Assembly (NCBI GenBank): GCA_026025795.1
Contig: JAPEUG010000036.1
Location: 1 to 64,000 of the forward strand
Reading direction: 5' to 3'
DNA: 64,000 nucleotides
Source: Thelocarpon superellum
Lineage: Eukaryota
Positions within the stretch are counted from its first letter, which is position 1. Every line of letters begins with the position of its first letter. A model generated the notes under the pieces. The model made no database searches, had not been told where the DNA came from, and saw nothing but the letters and a program-made list of their open reading frames with translations. The position numbers were made by a program, and so were the translations under genes. Positions 1 to 9,629 of the stretch are shown one piece after another.

Positions 1-196
1 TGTTCCGCACGAAAGATGGGCCGGGAGTAACGAGGCGTGGTGGGACGGATAGGCAACGAGCCGAGCACAACTATGGCCGTCCAGGCTTCGCCGTCATGTC
101 TAGATGGTGGCGTCCACTGTTGTGGCGGTCAAAGGGAAAGTGGTGGAAAGGTGGGATGATGAAGCTGGTCGGCCAATCGTTGCTGTCCGCCGTATT

Positions 197-294
197 TACG
201 ACGGACTATAACGCCGAGTGCGACACATCAGGAATTCGCGAATTTGCGTAGCGAATTCGCGATTCCCGATTCCAAATTCCGAATTCCACGCAGC
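197..294 (+). repeat. Left terminal inverted repeat with internal 7-8-mer (GAATTCG/TTCCGAA-like) array
   Basis: Matches the reverse complement of 902-1006 with 5 substitutions and one 7-bp indel in my hand alignment. Confidence 0.92.
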
Positions 295-551
295 GCAGTA
301 CAACAACAACTGATGGAGATGATGCTGCACCACTCAGTGTAGACAAGGGAGAGGTTTGATTAGAATGTAGTCTATGAGAGGAAGATTTCTTAATCCCTGT
401 AGCACTGCTATCTACAGCTCAGCCTGGCCCAGGCTGATTTTGGAATCCTCTGTGAGATAGCCAGTCTTACCAGATGGCTGCTCAACTGATGATCCCCAGG
501 CACCACTCATCACTATGAGCTGTTGCTCTCCATCCAGCCATGGTATCGGCT

Positions 552-897
552 CTAAAGGGTTGAGTGCATTGCTGGATCAAGATGGCCAGGATCTGCCAGG
601 TCCTCCTCTGTGGGTGGGTCCTCGAGTCCAGCAAGCTCTGGAAGCTCTGGTCGATAGGTCTGGGCCTGGGGATCTTTGTGAGGGCGGCCACGCTGGCCAG
701 GTGGTCCTTTGGCTGGGGCTGGAGGCTGGCCTCGCTTCTTGCCTTGACCTTCATGCTGCTGAGAGGCTTCCTGTCAGGCCTTCTGTAGGCCTTCCCACCA
801 CTTGACATCCATAAAGCTGGTAATTCCATAGGCACAGCAGTGAGAGAAGCTCTGAGGTGAAGCAGCACATGCAGCAGCTCCACCTCAGATCCCAGTC
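552..897 (-). pseudogene. Decayed coding fragment inside the transposon (AT-hook-like motifs)
   Basis: Minus frame reads ...DVKWWEGLQKA*QEASQQHEGQGKKRGQPPAPAKGPPGQRGRPHKDP... The in-frame TGA stops (774-776, 885-887) could each derive from CGA. Confidence 0.4.
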
Positions 898-901
898 GCT
901 G

Positions 902-1006
902 GCTGCGTGGAATTCAGAATTCGGAATCGCGAATCGCGAATCGCGAATTCGCTACGCGAATTCGCAAATTCCTGATGTGTCGCACTCGGCGTTATAGTCC
1001 GTCGTA
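902..1006 (-). repeat. Right terminal inverted repeat
   Basis: Reverse complement of 197-294, with one extra GAATCGC unit. Confidence 0.92.
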
Positions 1007-1299
1007 CGTATTGCAGCTGTGCAAGTAGCGTGGTGGTGGCGCGCACCCGAGCCGTTGGTAATCCCTTGATGCGAATGCCATGGGCACGTACGCCAGATGC
1101 CGGTGCCGTGATATGCCGCCGTGCACGACCCACGCAACCGACACGGGCGTCCCCAGATTCTCTGGCGAAGAAGCCTACACCGTCCGTAACGGATCTCATA
1201 CGCCGTGACGCGGCCGTGTTTCTTCACCTAGTTCTCCGCACATCCCACTCCCTTCCGTCGAGTTAGTCCCGTAGGTGGAGCTGTGGCGAGGGCGCGAGG

Positions 1300-2073
1300 A
1301 TGGGTGGGTCGGTGTCCAGGATCCTCTCCGGATTACTCTGGACCAAAAAAGAGATTCGGATTCTGATTCTGGGCTTGGTGGGTGGAAGATGGGCCGTCTG
1401 GACCATGTGAGATCCACTGATCTTGTGGCGTGACGCAGGACAACGCGGGTAAAACGACGCTGCTGTACCGACTCAAAGTACATCCTCACGCACGGAGGAA
1501 TCTGCAGGGCTGACGAGGCGTCCAAGATCGGAGAAGTGGTCACTACGATACCTACCATCGGCTTCAACGTCGAGTCGGTCACGTACAAGAATCTCAACTT
1601 CAATGTCTGGGTAAGGAGGAGCGCCTGTCGCCACGGAATGTCGTGCTGACGTTGCCCGCGTCAGGATCTCGGCGGACAAACCAGCATCCGGCCATACTGG
1701 CGATGTTACTATAGCAATACGGCGGCGGTGATCTTCGTCATCGACTCGACCGACATCGAGCGGTTAGGCACCGCGGCGGAAGAGCTGGCGGCCATGCTGA
1801 ATGAAGAGGAGCTCCGCGACGCCGCGCTCTTGGTCTTTGCCAACAAGCAGGATCAACCTGGGGCCAAGGGTGCGGGTGACATTTCGGAAGCGCTGAAGCT
1901 GGGTGAGCTGCGGGACCGAAACTGGAGCATCGTGGCATGTTCGGCCGTCGACGGCAGTGGCATCAACGAGGGCATGGATTGGTTGGTGGTAAGGATGACC
2001 CAGGCGACGATCGAGTCCCACCCTCGACGGCTAACGCAAGATGCAGCAAACGGTACAGCAAGAATCATCATGA
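1300..2073 (+). CDS. ARL1: ADP-ribosylation factor-like GTPase Arl1 (5 exons)
   Basis: Spliced product [56 protein letters not shown]...[19 protein letters not shown]...FANKQD. Gly2 myristoylation site; 4 GT-AG introns. Confidence 0.96.
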
Positions 2074-2604
2074 CACCTAGAATGAATTGCATCCTGTTCA
2101 CGAGGAAGTGCTATTCGTCTACTACTCAGGAGCGTGGTCGGCGTGACTTGAGATGCGTAAATTTCGGCTGAAGCGAGGGGCAGTGATGGCTCCGTGGCGA
2201 TGAGCAACAGCACTCTCGTGCTATCCGAGACATCCGCGACCGAATCTCCTGATGTGGATTCCTCTGAGACAAGTTGCACTGGCCACTCTCTCCTGCACAT
2301 TATTTCATGTCTCGCACTTCGGCATAAAGGGCGGTCACGGGATTTCGCGTGCCACCCGCGTCGACACGGGCGAGACATGTGAAAGCGGACGTGGAGACCT
2401 GTCCATAAGCCCCACCGTGCGATAATACTGCACATACTACTGCCCATGGTGTGTGTTGGTAGTATGTTCCACTACGTTCGACTAACATTAGTCCATGACC
2501 CGACCGTCAGTATGGCGGACCCACCTTGCGACGAGCCATCTCTCAAGTCTCCTCCCCCGCCTAATTGGCTTCCTCGAGCGAGCAGAGGATGAAAGAACGG
2601 CAGC

Positions 2605-3319
2605 ATGCGGACCACGACCCTCCTTCGCCATCGTGTCCCTCATGACCAACACCCTCCGCCGTCTTTCCTCAAGCCCTGCATTGCAGAGTTCATGCGAACC
2701 GCCTACCTCCCGACCTCGATCCTGCTCGTGGTGCTCGAGATCGGCACCCGACTCGTTCAATCTCGTCGGGCGTACATCCTCTGGCTCTCGGACGGCCAGC
2801 TGGCGATGCAGGGTGAGCACAATCTCTCTCAAGCAACAAGTCACACGGGACTGAAGCTGCCCTGCTGAGATCAAGATGTGAGACTGACGCAGACAATGTC
2901 CAGCCCTCTTGGTGCCCGAGATGCATCGGTTCGTGCTGACAGGGGAGATCGCACCCCGCTCTCTGGTGTGTCTGGCCAATTACACCGTCCGTAAGGCGCG
3001 ACGAGTCGGTGCCGAGGGCGTCGTTGCGTACGTCTCGCCCCTCCCTCTCTCCGTCAATCTGTCGCATTGGGCTAAGGAGATGCTTGTCAGGTACCTGGCC
3101 GTGTCGGATCTCCGGACGGTCGGCCAATGTGATGAATCCCCCTACGAATCCCCTGTACAACGGACGGCGAAGTCTTTCGATCAAAAGCGTGCCGTCAACA
3201 CCCCAAAGAGAAAGGCTTCATACCCAGCCGCGGATCGATCGCCGCGGAAGAGAATCAAGACCTACAGCGCGTCGACTTTACTCGAGCGAATGCGCAGGGA
3301 GCACGCTGCGGAAGCATGA
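2605..3319 (+). CDS. Small OB-fold protein (RPA70 N-terminal / TPP1-Est3-like), about 186 aa, 3 exons
   Basis: Exons 2605-2812, 2904-3027 and 3091-3319 join in frame (561 nt). Donors GTGAGC and GTACGT; motif YILWLSDGQLAMQALL; basic NLS-like tail. Confidence 0.65.
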
Positions 3320-3416
3320 GGGGATAAGATGGGATGGCGTTACATGGAATGGTGTTATCAAGCGGGGCTATCCCCCATGCAACACGTCACGGTGTACAAA
3401 ATTGAGTTGAGGAGCG

Positions 3417-5126
3417 CTAGAATATCTCCACGATGGTCTCCTCTTCATCGACTTCCTCGACCCTTGGCGCACCTTTCCTCCTCCCGTCGCCCTTTATCTC
3501 GTCCGCCTCATCTATCTCTGGCTCGTCCCGTTTCAAGACCTGGACCAGCCGATCACACGCCTCTCTGACGTCCTCGTCCTCAACATGGAGATGGGTCTCA
3601 CGCACTATGGGGTACACGCCAATCTCACGCAGCAGCTCGCGCATCGGGCGGGTAGCAGTGAGGAGCAGCAGGGTCTCGAGATGTGTCACCAAGATACTAG
3701 CATCCGGGTCGCGCCGTTTACTCTCCGGTAGGAGCTGTAGATCGGCGGGCATCGACAACATTTCATCTTCATCATATTCTTCGCCTCCCGTCAGGGGTAG
3801 AAGGACGTAGGGGAGGAGATTGACGCGCGGCCCGGTGAGAAGCGCGTGGCTTGGCACGTCGAAGGTGATGTTTCTGCACAGTCAGACATGGTTGGACAGA
3901 GTGACGATGATGGCGGACGGGACATTACTTGACCGTAGACGCTACACCTTTTCTCCGCACCACGCTCCGATGTTCCGTGAAGACGATGACTTTCGTCACG
4001 GGAACGACGGCATCGTATGCCTGTTCAGTCGTGAAGTACCGGCGGCCATCTGCGAACTATTTCCTCTCGCCTCTCATCAGCTCTGCACACTCTACTACCG
4101 CCAGACCCCCTATCTTTCCACCTTGTTCATTGCCTTCCTCTCATCTCGAGGGGGTGCGGGGGGGAAAGAAAATTCCCACCTTGGCCATATCGGCAAAGAG
4201 ATATGCCAAATAATCGAAATCCGCCTTGGTATTATACGCGCCCTCGGCGCCACGCACAAAGCAATCCATCAGCTGATCCATGGCGTTTCGCGACGTCGAC
4301 AGCGAACTCCGCGGCGCGAGCTGCACGGCGAGCAGACGCGTGATGAAGTCGGATTTTGCAAGGTTGGCGAGGAGCATGCTGATCAGGTCGGCGTTTGATT
4401 CGTCCTCTCTCTGTCTCCGGTACGTTAGACTGGAATGAAACCTGCTTGGAGAGCGGTGGAAGTGCGGCTCTCAGAGGCTCCCTGGGGAAAGAGAAGCGCC
4501 ATGTGCCACCGACGTTGAATTCGCATTGACGGAACTCACCGTGATGAGGGTAAGAAGGGTGTGGAGAAATGCATCACCACCACCATCACCAGCATCATCC
4601 TCCCTCATCAGCTCTTCCAGAACCTCTCGGTCGTCGGAGAGATTAATGAGGATGGTGAGGGCATCTTTGGCAACGTTCTGCTCCGGATGCAATGTCAGCA
4701 GCCACTCTCCATTCCTCTCTCTGCTCCGTCTCAAAGCCACAGTGACAATCTCATATCAAGAAGACTGTCAGTACCACTGACCGGCTGATCTCGCACAAGC
4801 CCCTTCAGATCCTTGATCGGTCTGAGATCATCCGCTTTGAAGATGGATGGCTGAGAGGTGGAATAGCCCGTGAGATTCTCCAGTGCTTCATGTTGTTGAT
4901 GACCGTATCAGCAAGGGACACAGGTGAGATCAATCTTGGAGGACGCCCGCACCGATGCTGCGAATTTGTGGATTTGCATGATGCAGGAATTCCACCAGCT
5001 GTGCACACGATGCAGAAGGTCCCGTCAGTATGTGGCTCTTTGTACGTGACAGGTCTCCGTGGAGGGGGGGGCGAGGGCGGTTGTGATTGCGAAGGCTCGA
5101 TTCACCTCTTCTAATTCGGTGGGCAT
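3417..5126 (-). CDS. HGH1: Hgh1/FAM203 family eEF2 chaperone (7 exons)
   Basis: MPTELEE|LVEFLHH..., [66 protein letters not shown]; 6 GT-AG introns restore the frame. Confidence 0.92.
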
Positions 5127-5720
5127 TTCGAGAAGAGTGCAGATTTACAATTGAATGGGAAGCGGTCTATGAAGACGACGACGACGATGAGGATGAGGGC
5201 GAAGATGAACCTTAGTCGCTCGATGAAGTGACGTCGCGTATTGAGATCTCACTCTCGTCAAGCGAATTGAGCGTGACGAATCATCCGGCCCATTCGCGGC
5301 TGGGCCTATTCTCGCAGATGACTCTTTCCCATCTCCGTGGCAAAAGACATGCTTTGCTCCTACTCGGAGTGCTGATGGGAACGGTATTAACCGATTCTAA
5401 CATGCGTCAAGCAGATCATCGTGTCCTAGCAAAGAGCATGGTATGATACAAGAAGACGAAAGAAGACCAACGAAAAAGAGAAGAATCCCTATAGTAGGTC
5501 CCACACCGGGGCACTGCTCATCTCGACCGAAGAAAGTACAACCCCCTGGATCCATAGCTGGCCATCATACGAACCGTCATCGTGCGCCTGCATCATCCGG
5601 CAACAACGCGATGACCATTTCAGAGGCTAGACATACACGGCAGCTTGTTCGGGTCAGCCACCGCGTCTCCCTTCCTTCGACGGCATATTCCCTCCCCTGG
5701 CTCCATTCCCAGTCACACAT

Positions 5721-6499
5721 TCAAGTGCTGGCGCGAGTGTATCGAGTCTTGCCAAAGGAAAAGGGGACGTAGCGATATTTGATCATGTGCTGAATCTGTC
5801 GTCGCACTAGATGAGAGAGCGCGGGTGAGCTTCAAGCTTCGTCATCCTCATGCGTGGAAGACCTACTCGTCAAGGCGACCAGGATCAGCCAGTAAATGAC
5901 CAAGACCGGCCAGAAGACCGGGATGTTGAACATCTGGAACCAGGTGCAGACAAAGGCGATGGTGAGCGCCCGCGTCGCCGCCAACCAGAACTTGAATTCG
6001 GGGAGCCGTCGGATGAAGGGTCGGAACTCTTCGTCTTGTTTGGTCGGCAGCCCGCCGGCCGATCCATCTTCCATCTCCGTGTCTTGCTCGATCGACGGAT
6101 CGAATTTAGGCTGGAGGAAGGCGAGGAAGAGGTTCAAGAGATAGATGCCGAGCGAGTAGCATACTACGCACAGATCAGTCACCGTCACCGTCATCCGCCA
6201 TCGTAATTCATCCTCCGCCTTCCTTGGGCATCGCCTACCAATGTACCATCCTTCCGCTAGCACGATGCGCAACAGGAATAAGAACAAGAGTGCCCCGGTG
6301 CCGATCCATCGGTAGGTCGTGTACGGCGTAGACTTGTCGAGGTATGTTTGGAATTGCTGATAGTCGAGCCTGTGGTCAGCCAACGATCATCTCCGACGCA
6401 CCGCCGTCAACCGAAGCCGCGGAAGCTCACCCGCCCGAATCGCGTCGTTTGCGCCGAGATCGCCGCGTAGGGGGTCTGCTCGGGCTCTGCCGAGTCCAT
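5721..6499 (-). CDS. RER1: Golgi-to-ER retrieval receptor Rer1 (4 exons)
   Basis: YLDKSTPYTTYRW, YLLNLFLAFLQPKFDPS, EEFRPFIRRLPEFKFW, last exon MRRQIQHMIKYRYVPFSFGK. Confidence 0.95.
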
Positions 6500-6761
6500 C
6501 GTGATGCCGGCGTCGGATCGCGATCGACCCTCACCTTTCGACCAGGGGGAGCAAAGTGGAGCGGGATGATGCGAGAATTCGAGGATGACGGGCGAAGGGA
6601 TGAGGTCAGCCTGGAGAGGTGTCGAGATTGGCCGGCCAGCTGAGATACCCAATCCGAAAAAGATTTGGCAGGAATCTCGTTGTCCTGTTGTCCCTCGCTT
6701 AAACCTGCTGGTACGGTGGCTCAGGGCGAGGGGCGGTGGGCGGTGGGAGCGAGAGAGCCCG

Positions 6762-6783
6762 TGACTCAGCATCCTGGCCTCGG
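6762..6783 (+). promoter_or_regulatory. Candidate CpcA/Gcn4 site TGACTCA (6762-6768) and FarA/FarB site CCTCGG (6778-6783)
   Basis: Exact consensus matches about 100-120 bp upstream of the enoyl-CoA hydratase ATG. The motifs are short and could occur by chance. Confidence 0.35.
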
Positions 6784-6884
6784 CGAGACGGGCGTGGGGG
6801 TTAGAGGAAGCTGGGGTGCCCAGCTGCGGACGCTGCTGATGTTGGAGCTTGAGAGATACCTGAAGGCGTGGGAACTGCTGCTCT

Positions 6885-7888
6885 ATGATGATCACACAAC
6901 GGTGCTTACGGCCACTGGCCTCGAGCTCCTCACATGTCCTCGCACGTCAACGACCCCGCCCTGCAAAATTCTCATCCTCCGCCGCCGCGTCCGCGTATGA
7001 CTACCTCCTGGTATCAAGCCCGAAGCCAGGGGTGGGACTGGGTAAGTAGATTGCCCTTGTGCGACCGATATTCAGACTGATTCAGTCCTCCCCAGTCACT
7101 CTCAACCGCCCAAGAGCACTCAATGCCCTCTCGACGCCGCTGATGAAGGAGCTGAATGCGGCGCTGGAAGCTCTGGATCAGGACAAAGACACGGGTGCAA
7201 TTGTCCTGACGGGCAGCGAGAAGGCCTTTGCAGGTGACACGCTTGGCCCTGTCCGCCACGTACGACCCTCCGCACTAACGGACTCGCTCTCCTAGCCGGC
7301 GCCGACATCAAAGAGATGGCCCCCTTGACTTTTGCGGAGGCTTACAACACCAACTTCATCGCCAACTGGTCACATCTGACGAGCGCCATCCGGAAGCCCA
7401 TCATCAGCGCCGTCAATGGCTACGCGCTCGGCGGCGGCTGCGAGTTGGCCCTGATGACGGACATGATCTATTGCAGCGCGGGGGCGACCATGGGCCAGCC
7501 GGAGATCAAACTAGGAACGATCCCGGGCGCTGGGGGCAGTCAGCGACTGACGCAGGCCGTCGGAAAGGCTCGCGCCATGGACCTGATTCTGACCGGCCGG
7601 ACCTTCTCCGGCGCCGAGGCCGGCGCGTGGGGCGTGGCGGCGCAGGTATTCGAGAGTGCCGACGCGTGCGTCGACGGGGCCATTGCCACCGCGGCTACCA
7701 TCGCCGGCTACAGTCGCGTGGCAACCCAGGCAGCCAAAGAGGTCGTCAACAAGAGCCAGGACCTTGGCGTGCGCGAGGGCGTCGAGTACGAGCGGCGCGT
7801 CTTCCACTCGCTGTTCGGCACGGAGGACCAGAAGATCGGCATGAAGGCTTTTGCGGAGAAGAAGAAGCCAGAATGGGTGCATGAATAG
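6885..7888 (+). CDS. echA: Mitochondrial short-chain enoyl-CoA hydratase (3 exons)
   Basis: Arg/Ser-rich presequence [16 protein letters not shown]..., then [52 protein letters not shown]. Confidence 0.92.
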
Positions 7889-8035
7889 GTCCATATCGGT
7901 CTGAAGACTGTTCCATAGAATGAAAGCATCGACCTTTCCAGCTTATGATACATAGGCGCCACATCCTGATCCGGCCCGCAGACGCTGTTCCCCACCTCAA
8001 TGAACGCTGTTTCGGAGGAAAGTCATGGTTGCTCC

Positions 8036-8950
8036 TCATTTGGAGGTAAACTTGCTGCTCGTCTTCAACCACTGGCGGAAATCCAGCAGGCCCGGATGGC
8101 GTTTCCTCAGCTCGGGGATATTGGCTCCGTAGCCATTGGTCTCGAACCACTTGAACATGGTGCCCAAGTCACCGATCATGGTCTTGACCAGGCTGCCGAC
8201 AAGGCCAAAGGTGGTGGGGACAGGGTAACCGATCTCCGACTTGAAGATCTCGTCGACTTCCTTGAAGGTCAGATCGTCGCCGGCTAGCGAGATGGCCTGA
8301 CCGCGGAACTCGTCGGGGCGGGTGAAGGCGAGGGCGGCGAAATGACCAATGTCCTTGGTCGCCACCCACTGCAGCTTCTTGTCGCCCAAGCCCTTGAACA
8401 TCACCGCCAGCGTCTTGCCCATGAAGTCGGGCGTGAAGCCGTCCATGAACGCCACGGGCCGCAGGATGGTCCAGCCCATCTGTTGCGGGCTGGCGGCCGC
8501 CTGCTCCCGCAGGTACGTCTCGACGTGGTACTTGGAGATGAAGTGCGGGACGTTGGTCGGGTCCTTGTCCGATACACCGGGGCCGCCGCGGTCCACGGAC
8601 GTGTACACGAAGCATTGGACACCGTGGGCTACGGCGGCGTCGACGAGCGCCTTGCCTTGCTTTTCTTCCGTCTCAGGGGACTGGCCGCCGCCCATGGGCA
8701 CCTGGACGCTGAAGACACCCCACACGGGACTCGTCTGCTCGAAGATGGCCTCGGGCTGATCCAAGTTGCCCTGCACCACCGAGACGCTGGGTTTGGCCGC
8801 CAGCGCCTTGGAGGCGGCCGAGTCGGCGTTGCGGGTCAGGGCAAGAAGTTCGAATGGAGGCGACGAGGCCGGAGGGTGAAGAAGTGCGTTGAGTACGGCG
8901 CCACCCTGCTTGCCCGTCGCACCGGTGATTAGGATCTTGCGGGTCGCCAT
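8036..8950 (-). CDS. NmrA-like NAD(P)-binding atypical SDR protein
   Basis: Intronless 304-aa ORF with ILITGATGKQGGAV Rossmann motif, VPHFISK and WTILRPVAFM. Confidence 0.9.
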   Translation of the reverse strand: MATRKILITGATGKQGGAVLNALLHPPASSPPFELLALTRNADSAASKALAAKPSVSVVQGNLDQPEAIFEQTSPVWGVFSVQVPMGGGQSPETEEKQGKALVDAAVAHGVQCFVYTSVDRGGPGVSDKDPTNVPHFISKYHVETYLREQAAASPQQMGWTILRPVAFMDGFTPDFMGKTLAVMFKGLGDKKLQWVATKDIGHFAALAFTRPDEFRGQAISLAGDDLTFKEVDEIFKSEIGYPVPTTFGLVGSLVKTMIGDLGTMFKWFETNGYGANIPELRKRHPGLLDFRQWLKTSSKFTSK

Positions 8951-9629
8951 TGTGCAGGACGAATTGGATATGGGGTGGATGTGGTAAGGCTGTCACTAGC
9001 TTGGAGCTGGAGAACAATTGTTTATGTCAAGAGCGTGGAGAGAGCTGCTCCGAATTGGCCGTGGACAGAGTGTTCCTCTTAATCGGTCCCGCCCGATAGT
9101 AACGCGGTAGGGGCAGTAGGAAAGTCTCCGAGGATTACGTCACGGAGTTGATGGTCTCTTGGCCCGATGCTGCTAGCTTCCTCTTATTAGTAATGTTGTA
9201 CAGGATCATGGACAAGGTGCACTCGCGCAAGTGCTACCACGCATGATGATACGAGGCTCAGGGCCGAGGCTCGGAGAAACTCTTATCCCTAGCCCTTGAC
9301 ATTCGAGACGGGAGATGATCGTCAACATGCTGAGAAAGCTGCAGGCGTTTATCATGACTAATAATGGGACGCCTCGAGAGTGCGCGAGGCATCACGTTCA
9401 GTTTTGCGCTATGGCTTGATGATAGATCGTGCATCGGACCTGGGAGACCGAGACGCCGCGCCACCGCCGCCAAGTCTGAAGCGACCAGTTAGATCGCCCG
9501 GGCGGGATGAAAACACTCTTTCGCCTGGAGCCCGGTGGCTATTGCGCTCCCGACCAATCGGCCGATCTGTCGCCGCCCGCCGGCACCTATCTCTCCCACG
9601 ACATTCCTCTGCAGCCATGTCAACCCTCC

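Larger units (their letters stand above)
197..1006. mobile_element. Non-autonomous TIR DNA transposon (810 bp), IS3EU-like termini
   Basis: Left TIR 197-294 and right TIR 902-1006 are reverse complements; the outer 40 bp (TACGACGGACTATAACGCCGAGTGCGACACATCAGGAATT) are identical. Direct repeat CGTATT flanks both ends (191-196, 1007-1012). No intact transposase. The superfamily call is inference from termini and TSD length. Confidence 0.9.

Noticed and set aside
482..883. 133-aa and overlapping ORF-track ORFs inside the transposon as a transposase
   Set aside because: No DDE or HTH motifs and far too short; a different, interrupted frame looks more protein-like.
199..1004. Tc1/mariner MITE with TA target-site duplication
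   Set aside because: Not excluded, but an exact 6-bp direct repeat lies immediately outside both TAs, which a TA-TSD model leaves unexplained.
6630..6690. CTGAGATACCC resembling a fungal TPP riboswitch core
   Set aside because: The downstream GAACTTGAT...GCGAAAGG elements are missing and the neighbours are not thiamine genes.
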